A DNA stretch of 64,000 nt, taken from Nymphaea colorata. Its lineage: Eukaryota. The DNA is taken from NCBI RefSeq assembly GCF_008831285.2, contig NC_045138.2, positions 32,984,001-33,048,000 on the forward strand, read 5' to 3'. The notes beneath the pieces were generated by a model. The model saw only the letters and a list, made by a program, of their open reading frames with translations. It made no database searches and was not told the DNA's origin. This document shows positions 37,573 to 49,912 of this stretch, one piece after another. A program made the position numbers and the translations under genes. Every line of letters starts with the position of its first letter. Positions within the stretch are counted from its first letter, which is position 1.

Positions 37573-38742
37573 CCATTGGCTTCGGCAGCAATGCCTCGCT
37601 CGTGTCCGCGTGAACGTCGTGGCTACATTGGTATCCATTTACTCGGTGGACAAGTATGGGAGGCGATTCCTTTTCCTCGAGGGTGGAATCCAGATGTTCA
37701 TCTGTCACGTATGTCGTTCGGGATCTCTAACTTTATAAGTAGACTTAGTGTTCTATGAGGCTTCGTTTGCTGGTACTGATTCTGTGTGGTCAATTGACGA
37801 GATCGAAGAACAGATAGAGCATGTTACGTGTTTTATACTTGTCTTTGTGGCTTTTATTACTGTGTCATGGCTTGTACGTTAGCTTTCATGGAGCAGGGTT
37901 TTATGGCTGCTAGTAAATGGCATTGTAATGCCAAATGTCCTAAGAACATGCAAATACGGATGTCGAATTCGGTTAGAAATTAGAATGTGACAAATTTGAT
38001 TTCCATCTTGAGTATGAAACGCTGTTGTTGCTTACATTCCCATCTCTTCAGCTTCCATGTTCTCCTTCATGCACCCTTTATCTCATAATACTATTAACAC
38101 AATCTCTAAGAAAGCAGAGGACCCGATCGCCTTCTAGAACTAATTGTTGATAACATATCCACTGTCTGGCATCATAAATGACAAATCTCGTAAACGACAT
38201 TCTCATTTTCATCACTTTTCTCTTCTTTCTTTTTCCCATTTTAAAGTGGACTCAGGGTTCTGTGTTCTAATTTTTTTCTTACAGGTGATCATTGGGATCA
38301 TCCTAGGTGGCAAGTTCGGGCTTTCAGGCAAGGGCACCCTGTCCAAGAGCGAGGCCGAGCTTGTGCTTTTCTTCATTTGCTTGTATGTCTCTGCCTTTGC
38401 CTGGTCCTGGGGTCCCTTGGGATGGCTGGTGCCCAGTGAGATCTTTCCCTTGGAAATCCGTTCTGCAGGCCAGAGTATTAACGTCTCGGTCAACCTCCTC
38501 TTCACCTCCGCCATTGCCCAAGGTGTCCTTTCTATGCTCTGCCACCTCAAATTCGGCCCCTTCTTCTTCTTTGCTAGTTGGGTCCTTATCATGACCACCT
38601 TCATCTTCTTCCTGCTGCTGAAACCAAGAACATCCCATTTGAAGAAATGACCCCTGTGTGGAAGAAACACTGGTTTTGGAAAAGGATCCTCCCTGCTGAC
38701 GATGGAGAGCTAGAGATGGAGAAGCCGAAGACAGTAAAATAA
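37573..38742 (+). pseudogene. STP: STP pseudogene (3' part of exon 3, intron 3, exon 4)
   Basis: Homologous to 8803-9964. Deletion at about 37609 and a 1-bp deletion near 38618 (LLPETK lost); exon 4 is 38285-38742. Flanking homology continues to about 39385 (matching about 10612). Confidence 0.93.
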
Positions 38743-39844
38743 GACGCTTTAGTTGTAAAAGGCCAAATATCGTTAGTAAAAACATTTTCCTGCTTTTTCT
38801 TTCTAAGCTGTTTACGGTCTTATTGTTACTAAAAAGACTGTTTACAGTCTTTCACTATTCATGTCTCTGATGTGCAAATTACAGTGATTGGAGTTCTTAT
38901 ACTTTTGAACATTTTACTGTTTCAATTCCTCTGTGTATATAATGGAAATAGCAGTTTCCAATCTCGTATAACTGAAGCACGGTATGTTATCTCGATTTAT
39001 TTCCTTCAATCTTTAGTTTGGTAAAAATGTTGGTGGTTTAATTGGCTTGTTTGTTTGCTCTTTGGGTCTTCATTTAGATAGAGATTCAAAGACTCTCCAA
39101 AAGTTGGTATCGGAAGCGCGACCATATTATCCCAAAAGAGAAAACAAACAGATCAATCATATTAGCTTTGCAAGACGGATCAGTGTTATGTGACCATTAG
39201 CTGTTGGCTTGGCACATATCCGTGGCTGAACTGTGCTAAGCTAATCTTTCTGTGGAGGTTGATGGGAAAAGGCTGGAGCGACGTTCCGTTCATAGGATTT
39301 GAACCCGATCTCATAAACTCCTTGCACTGTGGGCAAGTAGCTCCCACCCTCAAACCTCTAATGGCTAAAGCAGCAAATATTGTGTGGTCAAACCTCCGGT
39401 CTGTCTCTCTCCTCTCTCTCTCTCCCCCCTTTCCCCCCAATGTGCACAGAAGGGATGTCATTTGGGAATGACAGAGTATGTGCAGAGAATAATGGTGGCC
39501 GCCGCTGCCAGTTTCATCCGGTAGCGAGGATCGGAAGGAGTGGGACGATAGTCTCACGGACATAGGGGCGTCGGGTGTCTCCAGCATGCTCATATGTAGA
39601 TACCAGCAGGGCTTCAACGCCATCGTTGCTTTGTTCACCATTTTGGTGGGCTTCAATCTTAGCGATTTGCAAGAGACAAGGTCGGTCATCTCTTGCTCTC
39701 TTATCCATATGGCAGTGTTGCGTTCATTGTAGATATTTTGTTATATTATTCATAATCTTATGGAAGAATTGAGGACTGTTTGTAATTGCCCAAGAAGTTT
39801 AAACATCAGATTCAAAGTATATTAACCATGCAGATGTAGTCAGC

Positions 39845-42800
39845 ATAGTTGCAACCAAGAATTTGAATTTCATACGTGTTTATTGATTTGCATAAACAAA
39901 TAGGATTTGACGGTGGTGCTGCAAAATTTTTGAACCTTCAGAAGCTTTAAAATAGAATCTGATCAATTTCTACAAGGAGAAACTGATATTGGTAGAGTGG
40001 GATTCTGAGATTTGAGGCACCAAATTTCAAGGTAAATTGAATTTTTAGATAAAACTGCTTATTGTTGCCTCCTATCTTGCTCAGTTGACCGTTTTCCTTT
40101 ACTGGTCTTCTTGTTCGTATAGTTAGCTTACTTATACCGCAGAGTTCATACGCAAGGAAACAGAAGCAATGTTTCAGATTAACGCAGAAACAAGCAGAAA
40201 CAAGATGTGATGGATTTTCGAAATCGCATATATGAAAAAAAGCTTCCGCGGGGTGCTTTTAAGTTTTACCTGAACATTTGTGCCTCACACGATCTGCTTG
40301 GTGGTTCCATGCTTCACACGATCAACACACATGTCATCCTTGGTGGTTCCAGCTATCACGTCATGCTTGGTGATAGATACGTCTATCTTAATACATTTTA
40401 ACGGAAACGATACTAGATCATAGAAAATAACGGAAACCATACTTAGACCACAGAAAAAATCAGGACGAAACTAAAAGAACTTCTGCTCAGTAGACGATGA
40501 ATACGGAATTGAGGTACCACTACCCTTCTTTTCTGGGGGATGGGCCGCCCCCCTAAGGGAGATCGTTATTAAAAAGGTCAAGCATCAAACTACGGCCACA
40601 TCGGGTAGTGGTTTCTCATCCCCTTGGGCGTCTTCCAGCTCCCTGAGGTAGCACTCCAAGGCATCGGCCATGCTCTCACGCACAGAAACTTGAATAGCCA
40701 TGGCCTTAGGTTTCCCCAAAACTGGCAGCAACAAGCAGTAGTGGTCGACCGTAGAGCCGCTGAGAAGCACAGGCGGCCCTGACCCGAAGTCCACCCTCTC
40801 GAGCCCTAGCCTATACCACTGTGATACGATGAGAATCGAGGTCGGGTTATCTACCGGCTGATGCAACGCCAGCAAGTCGATTTCTGAGCGGGCATATGCA
40901 TCGGAGAGCGCCATATCTTTGGCCCTCTGTATTCCCTTCACGGTTTGGTGGATTTGCTCTGTCAGTAGTACCCCACAATGGCGCCCCATGGACGCTAACG
41001 AGAGGGAGTTTCCATAGAATCCAACCGGCAGTGGAGGGTCCAGTTTGCCTCGTACGTCCGCCGGGAAGAAGAGCCCAACGACCTGCCCCTCTTTCTTGGG
41101 GCGTCCATTGGTTGCTTCTGCACCGAACATGGCCCGCGCCCAGCATCTCCAAATGTGTGCAGCGAGCACCTCGAAAGAAGTGCAGTTCAATGCCGGAATA
41201 CATCGACGCTTTAGCCTGGAAATCTCCTCGGCTTCAAAGGTCACCCAGACATGAATCAGGGGTTCGCCGGCCATGGCGGCGCCACCTGATCCCGCCTCTT
41301 GCTGCGCCAACTCTGTGCCGTGGCTGAACTCGATGCGAGGTGGGTTGCGGGGCTTCAGGGCCTCCCGGCCCCAACACGGCGGGACCAAGAGTGGGGAGGT
41401 GGGATCGCGGCATGCGTCTGCCCATGCATTTAGGAATTGAGAACTCCCAATGCCATCACACAGGCAATGCGCAATGCTGGCGCAAAGTATGAGCCCCCCG
41501 CACCTCAAATGTGTCACCTACAATGGACCATAATAAAAAAATATCAAAAAGTTACCACGAATCGGAGGTCATAAAAACTTGATCGTCCGGGTTTCGCCCA
41601 TGGGCATTGATAAGATTGTCACTCCTCACGTCACCTGCTTATATGCGCCGCCCCTCACACCTTACAACTATAAATCAATCGACAAAACGGCTGAATTTAG
41701 CTCTTTTCTCAAGAAAAGAATGTCAAATGTCCCTGTTTGAACTGTTGCTTTTGACGACTATTGTTTTCCAAATTATTATCTACAAAAGGTTTGAATTTTG
41801 ACGGTGTTCGGTTCAAGTGATACAATTTCTTCCGACCATGAAAATGGTGTTGCAATTCATTTCTCTCGGACAATGGAGGTTGGGCTTATTTGTGGTTCCT
41901 CCTTTTTTTTCTTCTTTGGTTTCTAACTTTTACTAAAAGTTGGCTTTCCTTTTTGTTAGATAAGGCATTGAAGAATACAAAAGAAAAAAAAATTAATATC
42001 AACTCAACTATGAGATTGCTTTCAAAATTTCCTTTCTGCGATTGGGTCCAAATAAATAATAAAGAAATTGAAAGTTAAGATGGCGGTATAATACATGGCC
42101 GGTTTAGCTTTTTCTAAATTCAATTTAAACTATTTTAATTCTTTAAATTCACAAAATTGAAAATTTATAGGATGTTGGGGTTGATATGGAATGGTACTTC
42201 CCGACCTATATGCAATACGTGGATGATTGAAATGATGAAAAACGAAGATGATACTGTTATGACTGAAATGATGATAAAAAAAAGCCAAGATGATACTGTT
42301 TTCTCCCTGTTCCTTTCGGATTCATTATCTTGGATGTTATTTGTCATGTTAGCTATATACTCGAAATCTTTGCTGCACGTACTTGTGCTTCCTAGTTCAT
42401 CCCATACTTCTCACATGCATAAAAATTTTCACGTATTCACCTGCGCCCAAAGGAGGGTCCCCCATCCGTTGTATCTCTACATCTTCGCCGAACAGGTCCC
42501 GTGCAATTGTAATTGCCCGAGAAGTTTAAACATCAGATTCAAGTATATTAACCATGCAGATGTAGTCTCCATAGTTGCAACCAAGAATTTGAATTTCATA
42601 CGTGTTTATTGATTTGCATAAACAAATAGGATTTTACGGTGATGCTGCAAATTTTTTGAACTTTAAAATAGAATCTGATGAATTTCTACCAAGAGAAATC
42701 ATATTGGTAGAGTGGGATTCTGAGATTTGAAGCACCAAATTTCAAGGCAAATCGACTTTTTTGTTATAACTGCTTATTAGTGCCTCCTATCTTGCTCAGT

Positions 42801-43700
42801 TGATCGTTTTACTTCACTGATTTTCTTGTTCGTATAATAGTTGGCTTACTTATGCCGCTGAGTTAATATGCAAAGAAACAGAAGCAACAGTAACAAGATG
42901 TGATGGATTTTCGAAATCGCATATATGAACAAAGCTTCCGCGGGGTGCTTTTACCTGAACTACCAGAGGAGGGACGGAGATGAAAGGTTGGTCGCCCACT
43001 TCATGGTGGAGCTTACGCCAGGAGGAGCCGAGCAAGCCGGGGAACTGCTGGAACTCGTCCGCCGTGGTGTCCATGAAGGCCTCCACGAAGAGGGCGCCCT
43101 CTGCCGTGCACTCCAGCTCCAGCTTCTTCTCGCTCTCGCGGCTCTGCCTCAGTCTGCCGGACAGAGGGTAGTAGTGGTTGAGCACCGCTGAGAGGGACGA
43201 CTTCATGGACTCCACCTCGGGGGAAACACGGAAGAGGAAAAGGTACTTAACCGAGAACCTGATGAACATGCAGTCGTCAAGGTTGGAGAGGTAGAGGGTG
43301 TGGCTCGGGGTTGCAGAGCACGGTCGGATGAGCGTCGGCGCCAGGCGATGGTGGCAATCCGGGAGCTCACGACGAATCGCCATGGTTTCTGGAGTTTGAG
43401 AGTTCAGGGAGGGGGGGGAGAGATTTATGAATGTCGGGTTCAAAAACTCTCTCGTTATTCTGAAGCTTATATAGGGCGTAGAAATGACACAATGGCGAAC
43501 CGACGACAACCATGCTATTCTTTTGGACGTTCATTTTTTACTTTTATGCGGTCAACAAATGCACAACTACTTTATTGTCCCCAACAAGTTCTTGTTCGTC
43601 TACCTTTATTATTGCACCTGCAAATTCATGCCTGCCTTAAAGAGTTTGTGTGATTGCTCGTGGCAGTTTACATTCTCATGTTACAATATGGAACAGTTGC
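39845..43700 (+). repeat. Segmental duplication of 24197-27990
   Basis: Colinear near-identity covering the downstream flank, both exons, intron and promoter of the BAHD gene. Confidence 0.95.
40585..43383 (-). CDS. BAHD (HXXXD) acyl-CoA acyltransferase, 453 aa, 2 exons, intact
   Basis: Exon 1 43383-42955 and exon 2 41517-40585, GT-AG, 1362 nt. Motifs LYLSNLDD, YYPLSGRL, PPLVVQ|VTHLRCGG (typical Q-intron position), HCLCDG (HXXXD) and DFGSG (DFGWG variant). Confidence 0.95.
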
Positions 43701-44635
43701 ATCTGGAAACTTAATTGATCTCACACTTGCCTCCACCCCTGACCCAAGTAAAATAGGGAGTGTTACTGGATAAAATCTACCAATAATTACTGACATGAAT
43801 TGCTCCGTTTGCTATTCATTTTATATTGTTTGAGCACTACATGTTCTCAATCATAACCGACACCAGCGTAAATAAAAGGAATAATGCAAGCATATAAACT
43901 GTGAGTTCCATCCACAAGGATCCGTTGGCTGACTGGCGTCATTTGTGTTCTGTCTGTGTTCGGTCGGTTGCAAGGGTATGAAACGAGACATAGTTGTCCC
44001 AATCCAATTAACGGACTCTGCGTACTAAATACCAATATCAAATCATCAACTACAAACAACTACAATCTTCTATTGCAATTTATTATACTAAACTGTAAAC
44101 ATTGTGGGACTAACTGGCCTTATATATCAATTTTCTTAACTATTGTTTCATGTGGGTGCACGAAAGCTACTACAAATCCTCAATATCACGATTAATTCAT
44201 TCAAATGTTGAATGGGACCGGTCATATCATCTACAAATGGTAAGGGAATGACAAGTGAAGATGGATCACCATTATCGATTTGGAATGGGAAAATGGATGT
44301 TGTGAACGAGAGCTACCAACGACTTGATCAAGGAGTTGGTAGCTTGTTGGACTAAAGGTATGGCAAACGCTGGGTCCTATGTTTCCCACTCGTCCTATAA
44401 AGAAAATATAGTGTCGATCGAACTCGACTAACGAAGAGATGCTTTTGTTTTATCTAATGAGTTAACAGCATGCCCCGTACTTTAATTTAAGGGGCATTCT
44501 CGTCTTTTGCTTTTTATTTTAAATATTTGCTTAAAAGAAATCACCTTGAGCATATAACCCAAAAGTGCATGCGCAAAGTTGATTTTATGTTTAAAACAAA
44601 ACGCAAATGCAACCATTTTTTAAAGGAAAAACATT

Positions 44636-47600
44636 TGCAACGGCTGAAATAAATCCTCTGGTTTTTCAAATCTTTATTGCCGTGTGTTCATGTAACTTAT
44701 ATACAGAATTACATTTGTGGTTACAATCAGTTATCCGATAATAGCTGCCCTCGACCATAACTGCGCTTGGTGGTTTTAGAAACTGATCATCATCTTACGA
44801 TCACGTCTAGCAGCACTTGCCTTCATGTTTGATGGTTTCTAGAACTATCCATGATCAGCACGTCACGCTTGGTGGTTCCATGCCTCACACGATCAGCACA
44901 TGCTTGGTGGTTGCATGCCTCACACGATCCGCACATGCTTGATGGTTCCGGGCCTCACACGATCCTTGGTGGTTCCATGCTTCACATGATCAACACATGT
45001 CATGCTTGGTGGTTCCAGCCTTACACGATCAACATGTCATGCTTGGTGGTAGAAACATCTATCTTAATATCCCCCTTCAAACAGGACTAGTATTGTAATC
45101 CAGACCTAGTTTGTTTCTCAATAAAATGAACCGTGCTCTTCCCAAGGGCTTCGAGAATATATCAGCGATTTGATCGGTTGAAGGAATGTACCTAGTTTCA
45201 AGGAGTTTGGCAACCACTCTTTCTCGAACATAATGATAGTCTAATTCAATATGTTTGGACCGACTATGTTGCACCGGGTTGATGGTCATGTGTAATGTTG
45301 ATAGATTATCGCAGAACACAACAGGTGTTTTGTGTATATTAACTCCAATATCTCTTAGAATATTGTTGCAGCTAGTGCACGATACTCTACCTCTGAACTT
45401 GATTGTGCCACGGTGGGTTGCTTTTTAGCAGACCAAGATATGCAATTAGTTCCTAGGTATATGTTGTAGCCTGTTGTTGAACGCCGAGTGACTGGGCATC
45501 CTACCCAGTCAACATCTGAGTATCCCTGTAGAAGCATAGACGTTGTAGGTTTTATTTTTAAACCATAATTGATAGTGGCCTTTACGTACCTGAGGATTTT
45601 CTTCACCAGTTGGAAAGGAAATTGTGATTGTGACTGCATATAATGAGACACAAAATTCACACTATAGACTAAATCCGGACGTGTGAAAGTTAAGTATTGT
45701 AAGCTGCCAACCAAACTTCTGAAAATGGTAGCATCCTGAAATTTTGATGTGGGCTGATTACAGTAGGGAGATTCTCCCATGGGTGTGCTGCTAGGTTTAC
45801 AATCTAGCATGTTAGCTTGCTTGAGGATCTCCTTGGCATATCTAGTTTGGTTTAAAAACATACATGCTTCATTTTGTTGGACCTGTACACCAAGGAAATA
45901 ATGGACGCTGCCTAGACTTTTCATAGCAAAAGTTTGGCTAATATCTGAAATGAATGCTTTCAATGTGTCAGGCTTGTCAACAGTTATGAGTATATCATCG
46001 ACATATAGGAATAACCATATGACTCCATGTTCTCCTTTGTGTATGAATAAAGATGAATCTGTTGGACTACAAAAAGATCCATAGTTTAATAGAAAATCAA
46101 TGAATTTATTAAACCACATCCTAGCAGATTGGCACAGCTCATACATGACCTTGTTCAACTTACAGACGTGATTGGGCTTATATGGGTCTTTGAATCCTGG
46201 TGATTGATCCATATACACAGGTTCTTCCAACTTGCCATGGAGGAGTGCATTCTTTATATCAATTTGATGTATCATCCATTGTCTAGAGAGAGCAACAGTA
46301 AAGATAATTCTGGTTGTTGTAGGTTTAATAACTGGTGAAAAAGTTTCCACAAAATCTATACCTAGAAGTTGGTTGTATCCTTTGGCCACGACTCTGGCCT
46401 TCAATCGCTCTAAGCTGTCATCTGCTTTTACTTTGGTTTTAAACACCCATTTGCAGCCGATAATGTGCATAGATTGTTCTTTGGGAACCAAATCTCATGT
46501 TTTTGTTCGTTTGAAAGCATCTATTTCCTCCTTCATTGCATCCATCCAACCTGTATCTGACAAAGCTTCTTTAATGGATCGTGGTTCCTTAGGCAATTTT
46601 TCGCAAGTGAGTGAATACCGAGGGTTTGGTTTCACTATTCCATGCATTGAACGAGTTATCATTTGCCTTCTCGAAGCAGGTGCAGCATCTGTACTATCAA
46701 TTCCATGTTGTTCATCAAAGGATGTAGGATTTTCCTCCATGTCACCATGCTGTTCTAGTTGTTTGCTGATGTCATCTTGTGCATAAGTGTGTTGCTCTTG
46801 ACTTACTTCCTTGATTTCATGCAGTTTTGTGAGATCACTAGTTGTTCTGTCTTGGCTAACATTTTGTTTTTGTTCTCCACTAAGTTAGCCTTTACTTACC
46901 TCTTCATCGGCAGGAAACCATGCTTCATATCCAACATCAGAAATTTGAGTTCTTGCATCGCGTATATTTTGAAATGAAAATACATTCTCATTAAAAATAC
47001 AGTGCCTCGAAATATATACACGCCCTGCCCAAGAAAACGCAGGGTAATGATCTTGGATCGAGTTTATGCTTGACATAATCTCTTAAGTATGGGAAGCATA
47101 AACATCCAAAAATAATCATATAACTGTAGTCAGGCTTAGTTTTGAATAAATTCTCATATGGAGAGGTCATATTCAGCCTAGGTGAAGGAACTCTGTTATG
47201 AACCCAAACTGCAGTATTGAATGCCTTAACCCAATATTTCGGAGGTAAACCGGCATGGAACATCATAGCTAACCCAAGTTCTATAATAACCCTATGTTTT
47301 CTCTCTGCTTGCCCATTTTGTTGTGGCGTATACGGGTAGGGCATCATGTGTTGAATTCCATTTCCTTGAAAAATTTTCTTCATCCTAGAATTATCAAATT
47401 CCGTTCCACCATTTGAGTGAAACGCTTTGATCATTTTGTTAAATTAGTTCTTCACATGTATGATGAATTTTTCAAAACAATGCACAAATTCTGATTTTTC
47501 TTTTAAAGGAAAAAGCCAGCAGAATTTGGTTGAATCATCGACAAATATTGCATAATACCTCATGCCTTGAACTGAGTTGATTGGTGACGGACCCCACAAG

Positions 47601-47820
47601 TCGCAATGTAGTATGTCAAAAGGTTGTGAATCCCTATTATCAACAGAAAAGAAAGGGAGACGAGAAGATTTTGCTATAGAACAGCCAACAGATAAATTTC
47701 TTTCTATAATGTTCAACTACAAATCTGGTTTTGTTTATTCAGAAATGAGCTAATCTTCTATGCCATGTTTCTAAACTGACCACCTTTTGATGATTGGAGA
47801 AGCATGTTGCCTTTGTCTCT
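44636..47820 (-). mobile_element. 5'-truncated, decayed Ty1/copia element with 3' LTR
   Basis: Integrase (HCDLWGPSP, PQQNGQAERKHR), RT (YVDDILI) and RNase H (HSRSKHIELDYHYVRE) pieces broken by stops and frameshifts. PPT GAAGGGGGA at about 45070-45078. LTR about 44636-45069 contains CACACGATC/TTGGTGGTT repeats, a TATA-like site and AATAAA. Confidence 0.92.
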
Positions 47821-48258
47821 GCTGCTCATTAATAAGAAAAAAAAACCAATTCATTTAACACAATATCCAAAATTAGTGATACCAAAAGCTACTCCCCATT
47901 CTTTTCAAGTACAATCAGCTCCTGCAAATGAAATCACACAACAAAATCAAGAACAGCCACAATAAAGCACCACACACTCCGACCCCCATACTGCTTAATC
48001 GACCACATAATACAAATGCGATTCCCATTTTGACTGCTTTATCATCATGTATGACTGTTCCTGCAGATGGGAGTAACCATTATTGCTCATCAGTTTGAGC
48101 AACACTAAAGAGTTACACATCACAGTGCCACCAGACCTAGATATAAACATCAATATTCTTTTGAGCAAGTGAATAAACTAGAGAAGATGTTAAGTGTCCA
48201 CGCTTAGTTCTTACCACGTGGAGAAGTTGCTTTATTTCAGGTGTATCCACTACATTAA

Positions 48259-49912
48259 GGGCCCGTTTGATTGTCGGGTGAAATTTAACGTGGTGAATTT
48301 ACCATGATAAATTTTTCTGAAAAAAATTTACAGGATGAAATTTCTCCCTCTTCCAATCTGAGGCCCTGTTTGATGCACAGAAAGAATTTAACGTGGTAAA
48401 TTTAACCATGTTTGATGCACAAGAAGAATTTAACGTGGTAAATTTAACCTTGTTTGATGCACAGAAAGAATTTAATGTGGTAAATATTGTTTTTTTTTTG
48501 TCTTCTCCTCTCCAAATTTGACGTGAGAATTATAGAAGCAGGCCAGGTTTGATATAAACATTACTGGATTTGACGTGGTGAAATTTAACGATGGCTCATT
48601 AATTTAGGTTTTCAGTAAGCAACTGCATCTTACAACAATCATGCAAAAGACAATCTCAAAATCAAAGAGACAGACAAGAAATTCCTTGTTATCTAAAAAA
48701 GAACTTACAATTCTTCATTTTCAAGTCTCTTCTTCAAATAAACTAATGGCATGTGAAACTAAAGCCATTGGGAACTGATCAGCTTGTTACTTCGTTCAGG
48801 CATTCTGCCAAACACGTCGAAGATGTCTTCGAGACCACCACATTTGTTGCTTGTAAATGCTGATTAACGTGTTCCTCAGAAACAAATCCAGATTCACTGT
48901 GTTTCTCATCAGGCAGGCTGCGGAAGAGGTGGCGGTTGGCGGAGAGGAGAGTGGAGGCCGTGAAGAGAAAGGTGGCCTAAGTAGTACTGATGAAGCGGTC
49001 GTTGGCGGTGGATTTTCTGAGTGGAAGGCGCCTGTAGCTGGGAGCATAGCAAAGAGGAGAGCCGCGAGGAGCGGATTCAATGCGGCCCGACTGAACACGG
49101 CGAGGTTCCGGAGGGCGAGCCCCCTGTCGTCACCAGCCCGACCACATTGCTCGATTCCCCTGTTATGCTTCCCAATTCTCACGAAGTTTCCTCCTCCGAA
49201 CTCTCTCATCTTCCTTCATGGTTGTTGGCTTCATATGTTTGTTGCAATTTCGTTCATAACAGCGTCCGATGTTACCTGTAGACTGTCTGTTTATCCAATC
49301 TTCTTGTCCCACTCTTCTTCTTCAACATCTCTATCCAAATGTCATGATTCATACCTAGACCAGATGAAGGGAAAAACTGAAAAGGAGAATGGAGGGAAAG
49401 AGAGGGAGCAAGAGGAAATGGAAGAGGGGAAATCCGGTGGTCAGGAGATGGCGATGGAGTTGGTATGAAAGATTTGGGTGCAGGAAATGGAGATAGAACG
49501 AGCAGAGGAAATAGAAAGGGAGTGGGACAGAGGCGATGAAGGGGAAAGAGGCAGCGAGAGAGGAGGGGAAGGAGAGAGCAAGAGAAGAGAGGCTCGGAGA
49601 GTGGAGGTGAGAGTGGAGGGGAAGGAGAGAGTAAGAGAGGAGAGGAAAGAGAGACCGAGAGAGGAGAGGCATCTGGTGACGGTGAGAGCGGTGAGGCATC
49701 TGGTGCGCGACGGTGAGAAGGCAGGAGGGAGGAGGAGCCTTCGAAACAACAAACTCGAGCTCGAGCGGGTGAAATTTCACTCGCTCCCTTTTATGGGAAA
49801 CGGGTGAACTTTCACCCTGTTTGACGCGTTTTTAGTCGGGCGGGTGAAATTTCACCTGCCCGGACATTTTTCAACCCCTCCTCTCATTTTATCCAGGCCA
49901 TCAAACGGGGCC
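48259..49912. mobile_element. Non-autonomous PIF/Harbinger DNA transposon (~1.65 kb)
   Basis: TIRs GGGCCCGTTTGA ... TCAAACGGGGCC, TAA target duplication (48256-48258 / 49913-49915), subterminal GTGAAATTT motifs. No transposase recognised. Confidence 0.85.
48367..48490 (+). repeat. Three ~42-bp tandem repeats inside the Harbinger end
   Basis: TGTTTGATGCACA.A.AGAATTTAA.GTGGTAAAT.. three times. Confidence 0.85.

Noticed and set aside
39186..39772. 167-aa minus ORF and overlapping ORFs
   Set aside because: Partly runs through duplicated STP 3' flank; no recognisable domain.
6413..43383. Bona fide biosynthetic gene cluster
   Set aside because: Only one enzyme class is intact (BAHD); no scaffold-forming enzyme, P450 or glycosyltransferase in the window, and the prenyltransferase is a single orphan exon.
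44860..45050. Repeat-spacer-like array (CACACGATC / TTGGTGGTT) resembling CRISPR
   Set aside because: Eukaryotic context, no unique spacers, no cas genes; it lies inside a copia LTR.
48796..49807. Long ORFs (137-203 aa) inside the Harbinger element
   Set aside because: Low complexity, no DDE transposase or Myb/SANT motif recognised.
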